Assembly: GCF_009914755.1 (NCBI RefSeq)
Contig: NC_060926.1
Reading direction: 5' to 3' (one strand)
From: the human T2T-CHM13v2.0 reference genome, Homo sapiens
DNA length: 64,000 bases
Below, one piece after another: positions 57,320-64,000 of the stretch. Numbering within the stretch: position 1 is the stretch's first letter; the number at the start of each line of letters is the position of its first letter. The position numbers and the translations under genes are program-made. The notes under the pieces were generated by a model. It was not told where the DNA came from and did not search any database. It saw only the letters and a list, made by a program, of their open reading frames with translations.

Positions 57320-57500
57320 CAAAAAAAAAATGTGGGTTCAGATCCCAGATCCTTAATTTTCTAGTTTGAGATCTTGAGCAGTGTGCTTAACCTGTCTGAA
57401 GCTGTCTCCTTATCTGTGAATGTAAATATTTGTCCTGTCTGCCTCACGAGATTGTGGTAAAAACCAAAGAAGATATTCTAAGGAAGTGATTTGGACATTT
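57320..57500 (+). mobile_element. MIR
   Basis: gggttcagatcccag...cttaacctgtctgaagct...ctgcctcacgagattgtgg. Confidence 0.65.
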
Positions 57501-57937
57501 CCTAAGACTAAATCAATTTAAGATAATTTTTGGCCAGATTATTAAATTACTTTGCATGGGTTGATGAAAAATCCACCTTACCAAGTTTTCCAAATGCTCT
57601 CTCTGAAAAAGCAAATAGTGTAATAATGTGGCTCTCAATATCTTTTTATCGTTTGCCCAACTCTGTGGGTTATCAAGTGTACAAAAGTGTTTTAAGTGTG
57701 TATATGGCCTTTCTCCCTAACTCTCTAGAAGACTCAATTAACTAAAAATCTGTCTTCCCAGTGTCTACAATGCCCACTGCTTCAGGTTTCCATATGGAAG
57801 AAATATATGGCTTATAACATATTTCTGGTTTGTACTGTAAATACATATATACATTTAACTTGAATTAGTAGATACAACTATGGCATTTTGATTTACAGCA
57901 CCTAAGAGAGAGTATAAAGAATTTGATCACAATACCA

Positions 57938-58020
57938 TTAGGTTGGTGCAAAAGTAATTGCGGTTTTGAAAGTAATTCAGTGAAAGTGGCAAAACCGCAA
58001 TTACTTTTGCACCAACCTAA
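57938..58020. mobile_element. MADE1 (Hsmar1-derived MITE)
   Basis: ttaggttggtgcaaaagtaattgcggttttg ... caaaaccgcaattacttttgcaccaacctaa, perfect inverted arms. Confidence 0.95.
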
Positions 58021-58326
58021 TAATTCTGAAATTAAAAATATTTTCTGAATATTAAAATAATAGGTATTTATTAAAAATAATTTGGTTATGGCTATAGTTA
58101 CTGCTGTAGGTACAGGCATACCATGGAGATATTGCAGGTTGGGCTCCTGACCACTGCAGTAAACCGAATTTTGCAATAAAGGGAGTCACACAGATTTGTT
58201 GGTTTCCCAGTGCATATAGAAAGTGATGTTCACACTATGCTACAGTCTTTTAAGTGTGCAGTAGCATTATGTCTAAGAAACAATGTGTATATCTTAAAGA
58301 TATTTGTTGCTTAAAAAAAATGCCGG

Positions 58327-58625
<299 letters not shown>

Positions 58626-59823
58626 AAAAAAAATGCCGGTTATGAGCTGTCAGCACGTTGTAATCTTTTTGCTGGTGGAGCATCTTGCCTTTATGTGGAT
58701 GCCTATGGATTAATCAGGGTGGCGCTTTCTGAAGGCTGGGACGGTGGTGCCAATTTGTTAAAATAAGAAAAAAATAAAGTTTGACATTGACTGACTTTTC
58801 ATGGAAGTTTTCTCTGCAACATGCAATGCTGTTGGATAGTTGAAGTCAATCCTCTCAAACCCTGCTGCTACTTTATCAACTAAGTTTATGAATATTCTAA
58901 TCCTTTGTTGTCATTTCAACAATGTTCACTGCATCTTCACCAGGAGTAGACACCATCTCCAGAAATCACTTTCTTGGCTCATCTGTAAGAAGCAACTCCT
59001 CACCTGTTAGAGTTTTAACATGAGATTGCAGCAATTCAGTCACATCTTCAGGCTCCACTTCTAATTCCAGTTCTCTTGCTCTTTCTACCATATCTGCAGT
59101 TATTTTCTCCTTGGAGTCTCAAACCCCTCAAAGTCATCCATGAAGGTGAAATCAACTTCTTCCAAACTCCTGTTAATGATGATATTTTGACCTCCTCCCA
59201 CGAATCACAAAAGTTCTTATTGGCATCTAGAATGGTGAATTCTTTCCAGTAAGTTTTCAATTTACTTTGCCCAGATCCATCACAGGATCTGTAAGACTGT
59301 CAATGGCAGCTTTAGTCTTACAAATTGTATTTCTTAAATAATAAGACTAGAAAGTTTAAATTACTTCTTCATCCCTGGACTACTGAATGGATGTTGTGTT
59401 AACAGACATGAAAGCAACATTAATCTCCTTGTACAACTCCTTTGGAGCTCTTGGGTGACCAGGTGCACTGGTGATGAGCAGCAATATTTTGAAAGTAATC
59501 TTTTTTTTTTTCTGAACAGGAGGTCTTAATGGTGGGCTTAAAATATTTAGTAAGTCATGCTATAAACAGATACACTGTCATTCAGACTTCATTATTTTAT
59601 TTCTAGAGCATAGGCAGGGTAGATTTAGCATAATTCGTAAGGACCCTAGAAGTTTTGGAATATTAAATGAGCATTGGCTTCATCTTAAAGTGACTAGCTG
59701 CATTACATCCTAACAAGAGAGTCAGCCTGTCCTTCGAAGCTTTGAAGCCAGGCTTTGACTTCTCCTCTACAGCTTGAAAGTCCTAGATGATATCTTCTTC
59801 CAATATAAGGCTATTTCACCTAG

Positions 59824-60138
<315 letters not shown>

Positions 60139-61279
60139 GAAAATCTGTTATTTTGTATTGCCACCTTCACCACCTATCTTAGCTAGATCTTCTAGATAAC
60201 TTGCAACTTCTACATCAGTACTTTCTGCTTCACTTTGCACTTTTATGTTATAGGGATAGCTTCTTTCTTTAAACCTCATGAACCAACCTCTGCTAGCTTC
60301 AAACATTTCTTCCACAGTTTTTTCATCCTCACCTCTGTCAGTTTCATAGAGTTGAGGAGAATTAAAGTCTTGTTCTAGATTAGGCTTTGGCTTAAGGAAA
60401 TGTTATGGCTGGTTTGGTCTATCTTCAAGACCACTAAAACTTTCTCCATAACAGCAATGGAGCCTGTTTCACTTTTTGGTGTTATTCATTGTCCACTGGA
60501 GTAACACTTTTAATTTTCTTCAAGAACATTTCCTTTGCATTCACAACGTGGCTAACTGGAGCAAGAGGCCTAGCTTTCAGGCTGTCTCAGCTTTCAACAT
60601 GCCTTTTTCACTAAGCTTAATCATTTCTAGCTTTTAATGTTAAGTAAGAGATGCATAATTCTTCCTTTCACTTGAACACTTTACAGCCATTGTACTGTTA
60701 TTAATTGGCCTAATTTCAATACTGTTGTGTCTCAGGGAAGTGGGAAATCCAAGGATAGGGAGAGAGATGGGAGAATGGCAGGTTGGTGGAACAGTCAGAA
60801 CACACACATTTTAACTTCACCTCCTATATGGGCATAGTCTGTGATACCTCAAAACAATTGCAATAGTAAGATTAAAAATCACAGATCACAGATCACCAAA
60901 GCAGATATATAAATAGTAATAATTTAAAAGTCTGAAATATTGTGAGAATTACCAAGATGTGACACAGAAACACAAAATGATCACATGCTGTTGGGAAAAT
61001 GGCGCTGACAGACTTGCTTAATGCAGGGTTGTCACAAGTCTTCAACTGGGAAAAAACCACAATATCCGCGACGTGCGATAAAGCAAAGCACAATAAAACA
61101 AAGTATCCCTGTGTTTATTGTGGGTAAAAACTGTTAACATTCATTTTCAAAATCACTATTTTTCAAAATCACTATGTTAAATGGTAGTGTAATGTATTTC
61201 ATCTTATGAATATAGCATTTTTGTTTATTTGATTCACAGTTGTTAATGGTAAATGGTGATTTGGTGAATGCTAAAGCTA

Positions 61280-62200
<921 letters not shown>

Positions 62201-62599
62201 AAGATGCAGAGAAAGATATAAAATAGTATAGCATATAAGTCTGAGAGGGAGGCAACTGTCAATCTTGTTGCAGGATCTGTAAAAACCAGGGCTAAAGAGG
62301 AAGGACTTGAACTATTTGGTAGAACTGAAATGGAGAGGCATGCAATCTTAATTTCCTTCAAAATTTGGCCAAAACCTAGCTTCTTCATAGTTTCTTGAAA
62401 ATATGTGATTGCTGCTAATTTAAGATTGAAAGCCTGATTAACATTCAGTCTCTTACCTTCCCATATTCTACCAACTTAGCCCAATTACCTATTGTGCTAA
62501 TACCTGCTTCTCTTTGAAATGCAAAATCACAGTGAGACTAATGAAATGAGAACATGTTCCAAATATTGGATCATTTCCTGGTGATGATGTGACAATAGT

Positions 62600-62880
62600 G
62601 AACTCTGAAACTAGGGCTGATAACATCATCCTGAGTCATGGAAACTCTAAACATCAACCAGCCTCTCTCTTTCCTCTCATCCTTTATCCTCTTTCCACTC
62701 CATCTCTGCTGATTCAGCTTACAGGATGTCTGCTGTATCTGTCATACTCCCTCCACACCAACAAATTGGTTTGGGTCCTCCTCAGTCTCTGGTAGGATCA
62801 TTGCCATAGTTTACTAACTGCATCCCCAGGTTGTTTTCCACTCAGACCTCGACAGGGCTGATTCCCTATCCTAACTAAAG
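62600..62880 (+). mobile_element. L2 fragment
   Basis: Pyrimidine-rich L2-like ctgctgattcagctt...ggatcattgccatagtttactaactg. Confidence 0.45.
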
Positions 62881-63104
62881 CCCTTGCTGACTTTCTACTA
62901 CAAACAGGACAAAGGTGATCCAAAGGTATGTTGGTCAAAGCAGAAGAGTAGAACTTACTTAAAATTTCATTTTCTTGATTTACAATTGTAAAATATTTGA
63001 TATATGGCATATTGACATCTATTTACACCCTTGCCTTATGCCCCCAAATTGGTAAGGTTGACTGAACTCTAATATGTCCAATTAACTAGTTTCCTTCAAT
63101 AGCA

Positions 63105-64000
63105 TTTTTAATCATGTTTATTGAGATATAATTTATATGTAATAAAATTTTCCTTTTCAAAGAGCACAATTCAGTAGGCTTTAATATATTCACAGAGTTG
63201 TACTATCAGCACCACTATCTAATTCCAGAACATTTTGTCAACCCCAAAAAGAAAGCCCATACCCATTACCAGTTACTTCCCAGTATCCCTTTTCCCAGCC
63301 TCTAGAAACAATTGTCTACTTTATTTTTCTATGGATTTGCCTATTCTGAACATTTCACATGGAATTATACAATATGTGACCTCTTACATTTGGCTTTTTA
63401 AACTTAACATAATGTTTCCAAGGTTCATTCATGTGGTATATAAATCAGGGCTTCATTCCTTTATATGGCTAGATAATATTCTATTGTATGGATATACCAC
63501 ATTTCCTTTATCCATTTATCAAATGATTATCATTTGGGTTCTTTCCACTTCTGGGAAAGTATGCATAATGTTGCTATGAACATCCATGTACAAGTTTCAT
63601 GTGGACATATATTTATTATTCTCTTGGAACTATATGTAGGAGTGGACCTGATGCATCATATGGAAACACTACGCTTAGCATTTTGAGGAACTGCCAAACT
63701 GTTTTAAAAGTGGCTACACAATTTACACAATTTTACATTCCCGCCAGCAATATATGAAGGTTCTAATTTCTTCATATCCTTGCTGATATTTCTTATTGTC
63801 CATCTTTTTTATCACAGCAATATTAGCGGGTGCAAAGTGGTATCTAATTTGGTTTTTGCTTGTGTTTCCCTAATAACTAATAATGTTGAGCATATTTTAT
63901 GTATACTAGCCATTCGCATATCTTCTTTTGAGAAATGAATATTTGAACTGTTTGCTTGTTTTTTTTAACTGGTTTACTTGTCTTTTTATAGTTGAGTTAT
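63105..64000 (-). mobile_element. L1MB-type 3' end, running off the window
   Basis: tttattgagatataatt...ctaattccagaacatttt...ccccaaaaagaaa...ttgaggaactgccaaactgttt. Confidence 0.85.

Overview
Human genomic DNA (a human-specific AluYb8 is present). The window is dominated by repeats and I find no intact protein-coding gene. Repeats include a TSD-flanked L1PB1 interrupted by a 5'-truncated L1PA3, an L1PA10-13 insertion with an apparent 3' transduction inside an MLT1 LTR, older L1M copies, ten Alus, MaLR/ERVL LTRs, a full-length Tigger1, MADE1, MER53, L2 and MIR. The most notable signal is in the repeat-poor stretches (about 0.2-9.3 kb, 19.6-20.1 kb and 26.8-28.7 kb). There I find by eye about 25 exon-like segments on the + strand with mostly canonical splice sites, largely compatible phases and protein-like translations broken by scattered stops. 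This looks like a decayed, intron-containing (unprocessed, possibly unitary) pseudogene of a large protein, about 1,200 codons visible, whose family I cannot name. One exon is split by the L1PB1 insertion. All subfamily names and exon boundaries are by-eye calls and need RepeatMasker and tBLASTn confirmation.
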